Assembly (NCBI GenBank): GCA_964016885.1
Contig: OZ024741.1
Location: forward strand, 110,298,001 to 110,362,000
DNA length: 64,000 nt
Direction: 5' to 3'
Origin: Eledone cirrhosa
Taxonomy: Eukaryota
Below the pieces are notes generated by a model. That model saw nothing but the letters and a program-made list of their open reading frames with translations, was not told the origin of the DNA and did not search any database. Positions 46,188-58,022 of the stretch are shown here, piece by piece; within the stretch, counting starts at the first letter, position 1, and each line of letters opens with the position of its first letter. The position numbers were made by a program, and so were the translations under genes.

Positions 46188-46400
46188 GAATGCCATGGTT
46201 GACGGAGGCTCGGCTCTGTAAGGTATAGTAATTTTTAACCGTTAAAACAATTGTAAATTGTTTAAAACTTGAACCAAATTGTTGATAAAGACACCCTCCT
46301 CCTCGTGAGAGGGGTCTTTCTGTCCGTTATTTGGCCCTTCGGGGTTAAATAACCAGTTATTGGGGTTTTGTACCCAAAATTTCATTTTAAACAAAAAAAC

Positions 46401-48491
46401 ATGGCTACCAAAAAGAAATTTCATACGTCACTCCCACTCATTCCGTCTTCTTCTTCCTCAATCATCACTACAGCAGAGAGAAGATTGTCTCTCTCCCTCC
46501 CTTCTTTAAATGTGTCTCTCTCCCTCCCTTCTCTTTCGCAAGCGACGAAAGAAAAGAAAAGTCTCGTGCAAAGCGTGCAAGGTTTCTCCACGACGACGAC
46601 GACAGCGACGAAACAGGTGTGCGGGAAATACGAAAACCCAGTTCATTCGTCTGACGTCAGGAATAATAGCAGTAGCAGCCGTAATAACAACAGCAACAGT
46701 GACAATGAAAACAACAGTAGCAGCCGCAACAGCATCACCAGCAGCATAAACAACAACAGCATTAGCAGCAGCAACACCAACAACAACCACAGCAACAGCG
46801 GCGGAGGCAGTAGTCGTAGTACCTGCAGCAACAACAAAAGTACCAGCAGCTCTGACGACAACAACAACAGCAGAGAAAAACCAATCTCATTTGCAGGTAT
46901 TGCGAAAAACCTGGAAACAATCCTCATAACAAATGAGGAATTAGAGGAAGCGAAGAAGATGGTGACAAAGAACGGACACCGAGCAATCTGCAAGGCAGCG
47001 AAAAATTTTTTCGAAACCCAAGAGCACTGTACGGTCACGTACCGTACAGTAAGTACAAAATCCCGTAGGGTGGAAAGAGCCACAGAGGCCCAAATACAAA
47101 AAGCCTTGGGGTCTGTGTGGCAGAGGAAAACGCACATCACCCGAGGCAAAAAATACGCCACCGTAGACGTACTTTTTGCCACACCCCAGGAGGCAAAGGC
47201 CCAATCAGTAGTGACCCTAAGGAGCGAGGAAATGGTGTTGGTGCCCTCCTACTGCGGGCAAAAAATTGTGAGGGTCAAACTGACCCACGTCCCTCCCGGA
47301 ATGACCCCTTCTTGGCTGGCCGCGTCTGTCCTCGTCGGAATCGAGGACAAAACAACTGTACTGCAAGTACAGAAAAAAGTAAGAGAAGATTGGGTCGGCT
47401 CCTCCATTGAGATGCTAATCCAAACCAACCAGGAGTGCATCGAAGCTATCCCGGATGTGATAGACTTCGATAACGGCACTCAACTGCCCATAAGTGTTGA
47501 GGGCAAACGCCCGAAATGCTTTCGCTGTGGATCGAAGACTCACCTCAGGGCCTTCTGCAACGAGAAGACCATGAGAAAGGAGAAAACCCCCCTCCTCCCG
47601 AATCCGGTTCCACGGCTACCAGCAACAGGACAAGCGGCAACCAGGAATGATAGGTCCGTGGCACCCATACCCACTCCACGGAAATCAAAGACAGCAGCAG
47701 CAGTGGAAATATTAACAACAACAACAGCAATACCAAATGCAGCTGCAACAGAGACTCCAGTGCAAACATCACCAACAACAACAAGTGAAAGAGTGGAGCT
47801 GGTACCCCTCCCCGACCTTACAGAATCAGACATGGAGTGTGAGGTGGGAGAGGGATGGCAAAAGGTCTCAAGAAGGCACAAACGCAGAAGCAGCGCATCG
47901 TCGCCTTTGAAAAGGGAGGAAAGAAATGAGAAAAGGGTAAAGTCTACTGCAAAGAGACCCACAGCAGCAACACCACCAACACCATCACCACCCACACCAG
48001 CACCACCATCACCACCGGCGACAACCCCACCGCCAACAACACCTTCAACACCACAAGCACCAACATCGCAAACACAACAACAAAACACACACACCCAGCA
48101 ACAACGACAAGAAAATAGCAGAACCACACCCCACCCCCAGAAAAACAAATGCACGGCAATAAACACACACAACAAGAAACTAATGACTTACATAATTGAA
48201 CACACAGACATTTCACAACAGGACTACATAATACCAGCACCAATCAAAACGCCAACTAACATAAGACTGCTAAAAATAGCACAGAAACAATACACAAACA
48301 TTAAAACGAAATTCCCCAACGCAGTTGGTGATTTCAGGGACCTAGGAGGAACCATTAATCGAAGAGTATATTCAGACATTCTCTTAGAAGAGCCGACGAC
48401 CAGCCGAAGGGACGATTCAACGGTCCCTTCACCAGACGATCAAGTGAAAAGGGATGTAAAAACCATCCCTCCTCTACCAAAAATACGGTAA
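46401..48491 (+). CDS. ORF1 (696 aa)
   Basis: Intact, lacking two Pro residues. Confidence 0.9.
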   Translation: MATKKKFHTSLPLIPSSSSSIITTAERRLSLSLPSLNVSLSLPSLSQATKEKKSLVQSVQGFSTTTTTATKQVCGKYENPVHSSDVRNNSSSSRNNNSNSDNENNSSSRNSITSSINNNSISSSNTNNNHSNSGGGSSRSTCSNNKSTSSSDDNNNSREKPISFAGIAKNLETILITNEELEEAKKMVTKNGHRAICKAAKNFFETQEHCTVTYRTVSTKSRRVERATEAQIQKALGSVWQRKTHITRGKKYATVDVLFATPQEAKAQSVVTLRSEEMVLVPSYCGQKIVRVKLTHVPPGMTPSWLAASVLVGIEDKTTVLQVQKKVREDWVGSSIEMLIQTNQECIEAIPDVIDFDNGTQLPISVEGKRPKCFRCGSKTHLRAFCNEKTMRKEKTPLLPNPVPRLPATGQAATRNDRSVAPIPTPRKSKTAAAVEILTTTTAIPNAAATETPVQTSPTTTSERVELVPLPDLTESDMECEVGEGWQKVSRRHKRRSSASSPLKREERNEKRVKSTAKRPTAATPPTPSPPTPAPPSPPATTPPPTTPSTPQAPTSQTQQQNTHTQQQRQENSRTTPHPQKNKCTAINTHNKKLMTYIIEHTDISQQDYIIPAPIKTPTNIRLLKIAQKQYTNIKTKFPNAVGDFRDLGGTINRRVYSDILLEEPTTSRRDDSTVPSPDDQVKRDVKTIPPLPKIR

Positions 48492-48526
48492 GTGGTCTTT
48501 CCCATCTTTTCCACTCTATTTTAAAC

Positions 48527-51500
48527 ATGACCTCACTCAGAATAGGCAGCATAAATGCGCGTGGCTTGGGGTCGTCATGGAAGCAGGGTCACCTGCTCAA
48601 CGACCTCAGGTCACTAAACATAGATGTAGTGGCCATCAGCGAGACCAGAATCTCCGAAGCACGGGCCTTCGCACCGATCTTCGGCGGCTACGATGTGTAC
48701 GCATCTCCCAGCCGTCCTGGATCCGGTGGAGGAGTTGCTGTGCTTTTTCGGAGAGGTTTGGATCTCGCCATACGGGCCATCTTCCTGGACCCAGAGGGTA
48801 AGCTGGTGGTGCTGGACGTGACCAGCGGAGACGGGCAAGCTTTCAGGCTAGTGGCCGTCTATGCCCCGACAGGAGCAGGGCGGCCTGATTTCTTCCGGCG
48901 TCTGGAGACCTTTCTTGGAACGTCGCGCTCTTTAGTGTTAGTGGGCGACTGGAACGGGATCTCAGATGCACGCTGGGACTGTGTGGGATTAGCGGATAGG
49001 GGTGGAGGGTGCAAGAGCCTCACCAACCTGCTCAGGCGTTTTGAACTGTCTGACAGGTACCGATTGGATTTCCCGAATGTGCCAATGTGGACTTGGACAA
49101 ACCGCATAGGGTCATCCAGATCATATCTAGATAGAGTATTTTGTAGGGAAATAGATAGGTCTAGCATAGGCTGTCCACAATTCAAGATAGTCAGCTACAC
49201 GGACCACAAATTCGTGATCTGTGTGCTTGACTTAGATAGGCTTCATAGACGAGGACCCGGCTACTGGAAGCTAAACGCGTCCTTACCAGCGCGCAAGGCC
49301 TACAGAGACCGGATTAGCGAACTAGTTAAGCGGGCGTTGACGGGGGCCATCGTCAACAACAAGTGGTGGTTTGCTCTGAAAAGAGCGATTAGAATAGAAT
49401 CGATTAGGTTTAGTAAGGCTTTAGCAATAGAGAAAAATAGAGCAGAGGGAGAACTAGTTAGAAAATTAGACGAGGCGCTTAGCAAAGGCATTGCGACCGA
49501 CGTGCTTGCGGCTAAATTGGCCCTTGACCAATTCTTCAATGCAAAGCACGAAGGCTGCGTTGTCAGAGCTAGGGTGCGTGCTCTCAGACACGAGGGGACG
49601 AAAGCCGTTCAATGGGCCCGAGTGGCGGAGGCGCGTCGTGGCAACAAAGCCACGATCCGGTCTTTGGTGGACCACGACGGGCGCATGCTACTCGATCCCG
49701 GGCAAATGTGTGAAGCTTTTCAGCGACACTTCGCTCAGCTGTTCGGGGGCAGCGGGGGGCCGGGTAGAGGGATGGACTTTAGTGTCTACCTCGACGGACT
49801 GCCGCGGCTCTCGGCCACTGAGGCGAAGTGTTGCGAAAAGCCGATAACAGCCGCTGAAGTAAGGGAGGCAATGACTGGCTGCACAAGGGGTAAATCGCCT
49901 GGTTTGGATGGTCTGCCCTATGAACTTTACGTACAGATGCCAGACTTGTTCGGAGGCCTCTTGGCGGACGTCTACTGCAACTGGCAACAGAACGGGAGAA
50001 TTCCCAGTTCTGTGAGCCGAGGAGCGGTGGCACTGCTGAGAAAGGATCCGAACAAGGGGGATAACATAGACAATTTCCGGCCCATAACTCTGCTAAACAC
50101 AGAGTTTAAGATTTTGGCCAAGGTGCTAGCAAAGAGGTTGGCGCTTGTCGTTGGTGGTCTGGTGGGAGAGGCGCAGACATGCGCCATTCCCGACAGATCC
50201 ATCCACGACAACCTCCACCTCATGCGATACATCGTAGAGAGGGTAGCTAGGGAACCTGGCACGGGTGGGTCCTTGATCAATTTAGATCAGTCGAAAGCTT
50301 TCGATAGGGTCGACCATCGTTACCTAGCGGCAGTCCTGAGGGCGGCTGGCTTTGGGCCCGTCTTCAGAGGCTGGATCGCTGCCATGCACAGCGACATCTG
50401 CTCTGTGGTGAGAGTGAACGGTCACCTGTCGGAACCGTTCAACATCATGCGCTCGGTCCGCCAAGGATGTCCCCTCTCGTCCCTCTTGTACGTATTGACT
50501 CTCGAGCCATTACTGCACAAACTGGAGACGTTGAGGGGAGTCCCGCGCGAACTAGGATGCGGAAGATCCGTGTCAGCATATGCGGACGATGTCACCGTAG
50601 TGGTGTCGAACGCCAAACACATCGAGGCGATCGGCACTACACTAAGAGAATACGAAGCGGTGACAGGAGCAATGATCAACCAGGAAAAGTCAGTGGGCCT
50701 GCAGCTCGGCACCTGGAGAGGCAGGTCCATGCCGTCCAACAGCGTCGTCGGGCGCTGGACGGACGGACCGGTTAAATTGCTAGGGGTCTGGTTCGGTCCG
50801 GACCTCCAGACGGACAAAAACTGGGACGAGGTGACGAGCAGGGTGGCTTCTCTCACCCAGAAATGGGCGGAGAGGAAGCTATCCCTGAAAGGTCGAGCGG
50901 AGGTGGCTAACGCGTACATCGCGTCTGTCATCTGCTACCGCCTAACCGTCGTACCTTGTCCTAAGCCTCGCCTGACTGCGCTGGAGCGTTTGCTCTTTCG
51001 CTTTTTGTGGAAGGGACGTGCTCCGATGGTCAGGCGGTCCATCTGTTGTCAACACCCGCTACGTGGAGGGCTGGGCATGCCGTGGCTGATGATGCGCAGG
51101 CACGCGCTCAGGCTACGACATCTCCACCTCTTCCTCGACGGTGATCAGGTGTGGTCGCCGTTTGCTAGACGCGTTTTTCCCCAGCTCGTTTCCTTGACGG
51201 AGCTGCAGTCCTGGGTCAAGCGAAGACCGAGAGGGAGCGCCTGGAGACTGGAATGTCTTCAGGCGCTCACAGCCCTCGACCAATCGGGCAATGTGATCGG
51301 TGGAAACTCCACCTCGGCGTTCTATAGAGGATTAGTGGAGGGGAAGAGCGACGACGTACTTGGGGAAACTCTAGGCGTCGACGAAAATCAACTAGCCAAT
51401 CTCTTCGGAAGAACCTTCGGGCCAGGGCCTATGGACAACTTCCAGAAATCTCTGGCCTGGCAGTGCTACCGAGGAGCCTTGCCAGTTCGGGATAAACTCT

Positions 51501-51946
51501 ACAGGCATGGAGGTGCCGTCAGCCGGGCATGTCCGAGATGCGCGCAGGGCGACGAAACCGTCCTGCACGCACTCGTCCAGTGTCCGAAAATTGCTGACTT
51601 GTGGGTTTATGTCGAACACCTGCTGTCGCGTTTAGGACGGATCCAGCTATCATCTGAGTCTATCGTGAGGATTGCCCCGCCCTCCTCCTTTAGCCGGGAA
51701 GGGCAGGCAGTTTTTATCTGTCTGGTGGCCATGGCGAAAGAGATAGTATGGTGGACACGTTTGAAAGGGCTGAAGACGAGCACTTACCTCTTCGGTGATG
51801 CTCTGATTGACTTTTTCAAATTTCATTTGAAAAGGAAAATCAGAGTAGAGAAGGAAGTGCTCTCTTCCCAGCATTTTGTTGAAAGATGGGTGAGAGAAGC
51901 AAGAATGGCCCGAGTGAATGGGCCGACTCTGAGTATATATCTGTAA
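48527..51946 (+). CDS. ORF2 APE-RT-ZnF
   Basis: Intact 1139 aa. Confidence 0.97.
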   Translation: MTSLRIGSINARGLGSSWKQGHLLNDLRSLNIDVVAISETRISEARAFAPIFGGYDVYASPSRPGSGGGVAVLFRRGLDLAIRAIFLDPEGKLVVLDVTSGDGQAFRLVAVYAPTGAGRPDFFRRLETFLGTSRSLVLVGDWNGISDARWDCVGLADRGGGCKSLTNLLRRFELSDRYRLDFPNVPMWTWTNRIGSSRSYLDRVFCREIDRSSIGCPQFKIVSYTDHKFVICVLDLDRLHRRGPGYWKLNASLPARKAYRDRISELVKRALTGAIVNNKWWFALKRAIRIESIRFSKALAIEKNRAEGELVRKLDEALSKGIATDVLAAKLALDQFFNAKHEGCVVRARVRALRHEGTKAVQWARVAEARRGNKATIRSLVDHDGRMLLDPGQMCEAFQRHFAQLFGGSGGPGRGMDFSVYLDGLPRLSATEAKCCEKPITAAEVREAMTGCTRGKSPGLDGLPYELYVQMPDLFGGLLADVYCNWQQNGRIPSSVSRGAVALLRKDPNKGDNIDNFRPITLLNTEFKILAKVLAKRLALVVGGLVGEAQTCAIPDRSIHDNLHLMRYIVERVAREPGTGGSLINLDQSKAFDRVDHRYLAAVLRAAGFGPVFRGWIAAMHSDICSVVRVNGHLSEPFNIMRSVRQGCPLSSLLYVLTLEPLLHKLETLRGVPRELGCGRSVSAYADDVTVVVSNAKHIEAIGTTLREYEAVTGAMINQEKSVGLQLGTWRGRSMPSNSVVGRWTDGPVKLLGVWFGPDLQTDKNWDEVTSRVASLTQKWAERKLSLKGRAEVANAYIASVICYRLTVVPCPKPRLTALERLLFRFLWKGRAPMVRRSICCQHPLRGGLGMPWLMMRRHALRLRHLHLFLDGDQVWSPFARRVFPQLVSLTELQSWVKRRPRGSAWRLECLQALTALDQSGNVIGGNSTSAFYRGLVEGKSDDVLGETLGVDENQLANLFGRTFGPGPMDNFQKSLAWQCYRGALPVRDKLYRHGGAVSRACPRCAQGDETVLHALVQCPKIADLWVYVEHLLSRLGRIQLSSESIVRIAPPSSFSREGQAVFICLVAMAKEIVWWTRLKGLKTSTYLFGDALIDFFKFHLKRKIRVEKEVLSSQHFVERWVREARMARVNGPTLSIYL

Positions 51947-52207
51947 ACTAAAGGTGGAAAACTGGGAGAGGGCACTTGCCTTGGTGGTCAGGGTCATTGT
52001 GGCTTTTTACTGGGCTTTCTCCACAAATGTTCCTCCGAAGTCTCCCCCCTATTGGGGAATTTTTCATTGTTATTTTCATTGTTATTTTTGTTACATCCTC
52101 TATTTTTGTTTTTTTTACACGCAGAAATGCCCATTTGTACCGTCCTGCATTGTCCTGCACTGTCCTTAATGTCTACTTTATGTAAACCCTTGTGGTTAAT
52201 AAAGAAA

Positions 52208-52257
<50 letters not shown>

Positions 52258-52470
52258 GAATGCCATGGTTGACGGAGGCTCGGCTCTGTAAGGTATAGTA
52301 ATTTTTAACCGTTAAAACAATTGTAAATTGTTTAAAACTTGAACCAAATTGTTGATAAAGACACCCTCCTCCTCGTGAGAGGGGTCTTTCTGTCCGTTAT
52401 TTGGCCCTTCGGGGTTAAATAACCAGTTATTGGGGTTTTGTACCCAAAATTTCATTTTAAACAAAAAAAC

Positions 52471-54567
52471 ATGGCTACCAAAAAGAAATTTCATACGTCA
52501 CTCCCACTCATTCCGTCTTCTTCTTCCTCAATCATCACTACAGCAGAGAGAAGATTGTCTCTCTCCCTCCCTTCTTTAAATGTGTCTCTCTCCCTCCCTT
52601 CTCTTTCGCAAGCGACGAAAGAAAAGAAAAGTCTCGTGCAAAGCGTGCAAGGTTTCTCCACGACGACGACGACAGCGACGAAACAGGTGTGCGGGAAATA
52701 CGAAAACCCAGTTCATTCGTCTGACGTCAGGAATAATAGCAGTAGCAGCCGTAATAACAACAGCAACAGTGACAATGAAAACAACAGTAGCAGCCGCAAC
52801 AGCATCACCAGCAGCATAAACAACAACAGCATTAGCAGCAGCAACACCAACAACAACCACAGCAACAGCGGCGGAGGCAGTAGTCGTAGTACCTGCAGCA
52901 ACAACAAAAGTACCAGCAGCTCTGACGACAACAACAACAGCAGAGAAAAACCAATCTCATTTGCAGGTATTGCGAAAAACCTGGAAACAATCCTCATAAC
53001 AAATGAGGAATTAGAGGAAGCGAAGAAGATGGTGACAAAGAACGGACACCGAGCAATCTGCAAGGCAGCGAAAAATTTTTTCGAAACCCAAGAGCACTGT
53101 ACGGTCACGTACCGTACAGTAAGTACAAAATCCCGTAGGGTGGAAAGAGCCACAGAGGCCCAAATACAAAAAGCCTTGGGGTCTGTGTGGCAGAGGAAAA
53201 CGCACATCACCCGAGGCAAAAAATACGCCACCGTAGACGTACTTTTTGCCACACCCCAGGAGGCAAAGGCCCAATCAGTAGTGACCCTAAGGAGCGAGGA
53301 AATGGTGTTGGTGCCCTCCTACTGCGGGCAAAAAATTGTGAGGGTCAAACTGACCCACGTCCCCCCCGGAATGACCCCTTCTTGGCTGGCCGCGTCTGTC
53401 CTCGTCGGAATCGAGGACAAAACAACTGTACTGCAAGTACAGAAAAAAGTAAGAGAAGATTGGGTCGGCTCCTCCATTGAGATGCTAATCCAAACCAACC
53501 AGGAGTGCATCGAAGCTATCCCGGATGTGATAGACTTCGATAACGGCACTCAACTGCCCATAAGTGTTGAGGGCAAACGCCCGAAATGCTTTCGCTGTGG
53601 ATCGAAGACTCACCTCAGGGCCTTCTGCAACGAGAAGACCCTGAGAAAGGAGAAAACCCCCCTCCTCCCGAATCCGGTTCCACGGCTACCAGCAACAGGA
53701 CAAGCGGCAACCAGGAACGATAGGTCCGTGGCACCCATACCCACTCCACGGAAATCAAAGACAGCAGCAGCAGTGGAAATATTAACAACAACAACAGCAA
53801 TACCAAATGCAGCTGCAACAGAGACTCCAGTGCAAACATCACCAACAACAACAAGTGAAAGAGTGGAGCTGGTACCCCTCCCCGACCTTACAGAATCAGA
53901 CATGGAGTGTGAGGTGGGAGAGGGATGGCAAAAGGTCTCAAGAAGGCACAAACGCAGAAGCAGCGCATCGTCGCCTTTGAAAAGGGAGGAAAGAAATGAG
54001 AAAAGGGTAAAGTCTACTGCAAAGAGACCCACAGCAGCAACACCACCAACACCATCACCACCCACACCAGCACCACCATCACCACCGGCGACAACCCCAC
54101 CGCCAACAACACCTTCAACACCACCACCACAAGCACCAACATCGCAAACACAACAACAAAACACACACACCCAGCAACAACGACAAGAAAATAGCAGAAC
54201 CACACCCCACCCCCAGAAAAACAAATGCACGGCAATAAACACACACAACAAGAAACTAATGACTTACATAATTGAACACACAGACATTTCACAACAGGAC
54301 TACATAATACCAGCACCAATCAAAACGCCAACTAACATAAGACTGCTAAAAATAGCACAGAAACAATACACAAACATTAAAACGAAATTCCCCAACGCAG
54401 TTGGTGATTTCAGGGACCTAGGAGGAACCATTAATCGAAGAGTATATTCAGACATTCTCTTAGAAGAGCCGACGACCAGCCGAAGGGACGATTCAACGGT
54501 CCCTTCACCAGACGATCAAGTGAAAAGGGATGTAAAAACCATCCCTCCTCTACCAAAAATACGGTAA
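52471..54567 (+). CDS. ORF1 (CCHC knuckle)
   Basis: Intact from the ATG. Confidence 0.9.
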   Translation: MATKKKFHTSLPLIPSSSSSIITTAERRLSLSLPSLNVSLSLPSLSQATKEKKSLVQSVQGFSTTTTTATKQVCGKYENPVHSSDVRNNSSSSRNNNSNSDNENNSSSRNSITSSINNNSISSSNTNNNHSNSGGGSSRSTCSNNKSTSSSDDNNNSREKPISFAGIAKNLETILITNEELEEAKKMVTKNGHRAICKAAKNFFETQEHCTVTYRTVSTKSRRVERATEAQIQKALGSVWQRKTHITRGKKYATVDVLFATPQEAKAQSVVTLRSEEMVLVPSYCGQKIVRVKLTHVPPGMTPSWLAASVLVGIEDKTTVLQVQKKVREDWVGSSIEMLIQTNQECIEAIPDVIDFDNGTQLPISVEGKRPKCFRCGSKTHLRAFCNEKTLRKEKTPLLPNPVPRLPATGQAATRNDRSVAPIPTPRKSKTAAAVEILTTTTAIPNAAATETPVQTSPTTTSERVELVPLPDLTESDMECEVGEGWQKVSRRHKRRSSASSPLKREERNEKRVKSTAKRPTAATPPTPSPPTPAPPSPPATTPPPTTPSTPPPQAPTSQTQQQNTHTQQQRQENSRTTPHPQKNKCTAINTHNKKLMTYIIEHTDISQQDYIIPAPIKTPTNIRLLKIAQKQYTNIKTKFPNAVGDFRDLGGTINRRVYSDILLEEPTTSRRDDSTVPSPDDQVKRDVKTIPPLPKIR

Positions 54568-54602
54568 GTGGTCTTTCCCATCTTTTCCACTCTATTTTAA
54601 AC

Positions 54603-57600
54603 ATGACCTCACTCAGAATAGGCAGCATAAATGCGCGTGGCTTGGGGTCGTCATGGAAGCAGGGTCACCTGCTCAACGACCTCAGGTCACTAAACATAGA
54701 TGTAGTGGCCATCAGCGAGACCAGAATCTCCGAAGCACGGGCCTTCGCACCGATCTTCGGCGGCTACGATGTGTACGCATCTCCCAGCCGTCCTGGATCG
54801 GGTGGAGGAGTTGCTGTGCTTTTTCGGAGAGGTTTGGATCTCGCCATACGGGCCATCTTCCTGGACCCAGAGGGTAAGCTGGTGGTGCTGGACGTGACCA
54901 GCGGAGACGGGCAAGCTTTCAGGCTAGTGGCCGTCTATGCCCCGACAGGAGCAGGGCGGCCTGATTTCTTCCGGCGTCTGGAGACCTTTCTTGGAACGTC
55001 GCGCTCTTTAGTGTTAGTGGGCGACTGGAACGGGATCTTAGATGCACGCTGGGACTGTGTGGGATTAGCGGATAGGGGTGGAGGGTGCAAGAGCCTCACC
55101 AACCTGCTCAGGCGTTTTGAACTGTCTGACAGGTACCGATTGGATTTCCCGAATGTGCCAATGTGGACTTGGACAAACCGCATAGGGTCATCCAGATCAT
55201 ATCTAGATAGAGTATTTTGTAGGGAAATAGATAGGTCTAGCATAGGCTGTCCACAATTCAAGATAGTCAGCTACACGGACCACAAATTCGTGATCTGTGT
55301 GCTTGACTTAGATAGGCTTCATAGACGAGGACCCGGCTACTGGAAGCTAAACGCGTCCTTACCAGCGCGCAAGGCCTACAGAGACCGGATTAGCGAACTA
55401 GTTAAGCGGGCGTTGACGGGGGCCATCGTCAACAACAAGTGGTGGTTTGCTCTGAAAAGAGCGATTAGAATAGAATCGATTAGGTTTAGTAAGGCTTTAG
55501 CAATAGAGAAAAATAGAGCAGAGGGAGAACTAGTTAGAAAATTAGACGAGGCGCTTAGCAAAGGCATTGCGACCGACGTGCTTGCGGCGAAATTGGCCCT
55601 TGACCAATTCTTCAATGCAAAGCACGAAGGCTGCGTTGTCAGAGCTAGGGTGCGTGCTCTCAGACACGAGGGGACGAAAGCCGTTCAATGGGCCCGAGTG
55701 GCGGAGGCGCGTCGTGGCAACAAAGCCACGATCCGGTCTTTGGTGGACCACGACGGGCGCATGCTACTCGATCCCGGGCAAATGTGTGAAGCTTTTCAGC
55801 GACACTTCGCTCAGCTGTTCGGGGGCAGCGGGGGGCCGGGTAGAGGGATGGACTTTAGTGTCTACCTCGACGGACTGCCGCGGCTCTCGGCCACTGAGGC
55901 GAAGTGTTGCGAAAAGCCGATAACAGCCGCTGAAGTAAGGGAGGCAATGACTGGCTGCACAAGGGGTAAATCGCCTGGTTTGGATGGTCTGCCCTATGAA
56001 CTTTACGTACAGATGCCAGACTTGTTCGGAGGCCTCTTGGCGGACGTCTACTGCAACTGGCAACAGAACGGGAGAATTCCCAGTTCTGTGAGCCGAGGAG
56101 CGGTGGCACTGCTGAGAAAGGATCCGAACAAGGGGGATAACATAGACAATTTCCGGCCCATAACTCTGCTAAACACAGAGTTTAAGATTTTGGCCAAGGT
56201 GCTAGCAAAGAGGTTGGCGCTTGTCGTTGGTGGTCTGGTGGGAGAGGCGCAGACATGCGCCATTCCCGACAGATCCATCCACGACAACCTCCACCTCATG
56301 CGATACATCGTAGAGAGGGTAGCTAGGGAACCTGGCACGGGTGGGTCCTTGATCAATTTAGATCAGTCGAAAGCTTTCGATAGGGTCGACCATCGTTACC
56401 TAGCGGCAGTCCTGAGGGCGGCTGGCTTTGGGCCCGTCTTCAGAGGCTGGATCGCTGCCATGCACAGCGACATCTGCTCTGTGGTGAGAGTGAACGGTCA
56501 CCTGTCGGAACCGTTCAACATCATGCGCTCGGTCCGCCAAGGATGTCCCCTCTCGTCCCTCTTGTACGTATTGACTCTCGAGCCATTACTGCACAAACTG
56601 GAGACGTTGAGGGGAGTCCCGCGCGAACTAGGATGCGGAAGATCCGTGTCAGCATATGCGGACGATGTCACCGTAGTGGTGTCGAACGCCAAACACATCG
56701 AGGCGATCGGCACTACACTAAGAGAATACGAAGCGGTGACAGGAGCAATGATCAACCAGGAAAAGTCAGTGGGCCTGCAGCTCGGCACCTGGAGAGGCAG
56801 GTCCATGCCGTCCAACAGCGTCGTCGGGCGCTGGACGGACGGACCGGTTAAATTGCTAGGGGTCTGGTTCGGTCCGGACCTCCAGACGGACAAAAACTGG
56901 GACGAGGTGACGAGCAGGGTGGCTTCTCTCACCCAGAAATGGGCGGAGAGGAAGCTATCCCTGAAAGGTCGAGCGGAGGTGGCTAACGCGTACATCGCGT
57001 CTGTCATCTGCTACCGCCTAACCGTCGTACCTTGTCCTAAGCCTCGCCTGACTGCGCTGGAGCGTTTGCTCTTTCGCTTTTTGTGGAAGGGACGTGCTCC
57101 GATGGTCAGGCGGTCCATCTGTTGTCAACACCCGCTACGTGGAGGGCTGGGCATGCCGTGGCTGATGATGCGCAGGCACGCGCTCAGGCTACGACATCTC
57201 CACCTCTTCCTCGACGGTGATCAGGTGTGGTCGCCGTTTGCTAGACGCGTTTTTCCCCAGCTCGTTTCCTTGACGGAGCTGCAGTCCTGGGTCAAGCGAA
57301 GACCGAGAGGGAGCGCCTGGAGACTGGAATGTCTTCAGGCGCTCACAGCCCTCGACCAATCGGGCAATGTGATCGGTGGAAACTCCACCTCGGCGTTCTA
57401 TAGAGGATTAGTGGAGGGGAAGAGCGACGACGTACTTGGGGAAACTCTAGGCGTCGACGAAAATCAACTAGCCAATCTCTTCGGAAGAACTTTCGGGCCA
57501 GGGCCTATGGACAACTTCCAGAAATCTCTGGCCTGGCAGTGCTACCGAGGAGCCTTGCCAGTTCGGGATAAACTCTACAGGCATGGAGGTGCCGTCAGCC

Positions 57601-58022
57601 GGGCATGTCCGAGATGCGCGCAGGGCGACGAAACCGTCCTGCACGCACTCGTCCAGTGTCCGAAAATTGCTGACTTGTGGGTTTATGTCGAACACCTGCT
57701 GTCGCGTTTAGGACGGATCCAGTTATCATCTGAGTCTATCGTGAGGATTGCCCCGCCCTCCTCCTTTAGCCGGGAAGGGCAGGCAGTTTTTATCTGTCTG
57801 GTGGCCATGGCGAAAGAGATAGTATGGTGGACACGTTTGAAAGGGCTGAAGACGAGCACTTACCTCTTCGGTGATGCTCTGATTGACTTTTTCAAATTTC
57901 ATTTGAAAAGGAAAATCAGAGTAGAGAAGGAAGTGCTCTCTTCCCAGCATTTTGTTGAAAGATGGGTGAGAGAAGCAAGAATGGCCCGAGTGAATGGGCC
58001 GACTCTGAGTATATATCTGTAA
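54603..58022 (+). CDS. ORF2 APE-RT-ZnF
   Basis: Intact 1139 aa. Confidence 0.97.
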   Translation: MTSLRIGSINARGLGSSWKQGHLLNDLRSLNIDVVAISETRISEARAFAPIFGGYDVYASPSRPGSGGGVAVLFRRGLDLAIRAIFLDPEGKLVVLDVTSGDGQAFRLVAVYAPTGAGRPDFFRRLETFLGTSRSLVLVGDWNGILDARWDCVGLADRGGGCKSLTNLLRRFELSDRYRLDFPNVPMWTWTNRIGSSRSYLDRVFCREIDRSSIGCPQFKIVSYTDHKFVICVLDLDRLHRRGPGYWKLNASLPARKAYRDRISELVKRALTGAIVNNKWWFALKRAIRIESIRFSKALAIEKNRAEGELVRKLDEALSKGIATDVLAAKLALDQFFNAKHEGCVVRARVRALRHEGTKAVQWARVAEARRGNKATIRSLVDHDGRMLLDPGQMCEAFQRHFAQLFGGSGGPGRGMDFSVYLDGLPRLSATEAKCCEKPITAAEVREAMTGCTRGKSPGLDGLPYELYVQMPDLFGGLLADVYCNWQQNGRIPSSVSRGAVALLRKDPNKGDNIDNFRPITLLNTEFKILAKVLAKRLALVVGGLVGEAQTCAIPDRSIHDNLHLMRYIVERVAREPGTGGSLINLDQSKAFDRVDHRYLAAVLRAAGFGPVFRGWIAAMHSDICSVVRVNGHLSEPFNIMRSVRQGCPLSSLLYVLTLEPLLHKLETLRGVPRELGCGRSVSAYADDVTVVVSNAKHIEAIGTTLREYEAVTGAMINQEKSVGLQLGTWRGRSMPSNSVVGRWTDGPVKLLGVWFGPDLQTDKNWDEVTSRVASLTQKWAERKLSLKGRAEVANAYIASVICYRLTVVPCPKPRLTALERLLFRFLWKGRAPMVRRSICCQHPLRGGLGMPWLMMRRHALRLRHLHLFLDGDQVWSPFARRVFPQLVSLTELQSWVKRRPRGSAWRLECLQALTALDQSGNVIGGNSTSAFYRGLVEGKSDDVLGETLGVDENQLANLFGRTFGPGPMDNFQKSLAWQCYRGALPVRDKLYRHGGAVSRACPRCAQGDETVLHALVQCPKIADLWVYVEHLLSRLGRIQLSSESIVRIAPPSSFSREGQAVFICLVAMAKEIVWWTRLKGLKTSTYLFGDALIDFFKFHLKRKIRVEKEVLSSQHFVERWVREARMARVNGPTLSIYL

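Larger units (their letters stand above)
46188..52257 (+). mobile_element. Tx1/L1-type copy 5 (6022 bp + (ATT)16)
   Basis: Same termini; in-frame 6-bp deletion in the ORF1 Pro run. Confidence 0.95.
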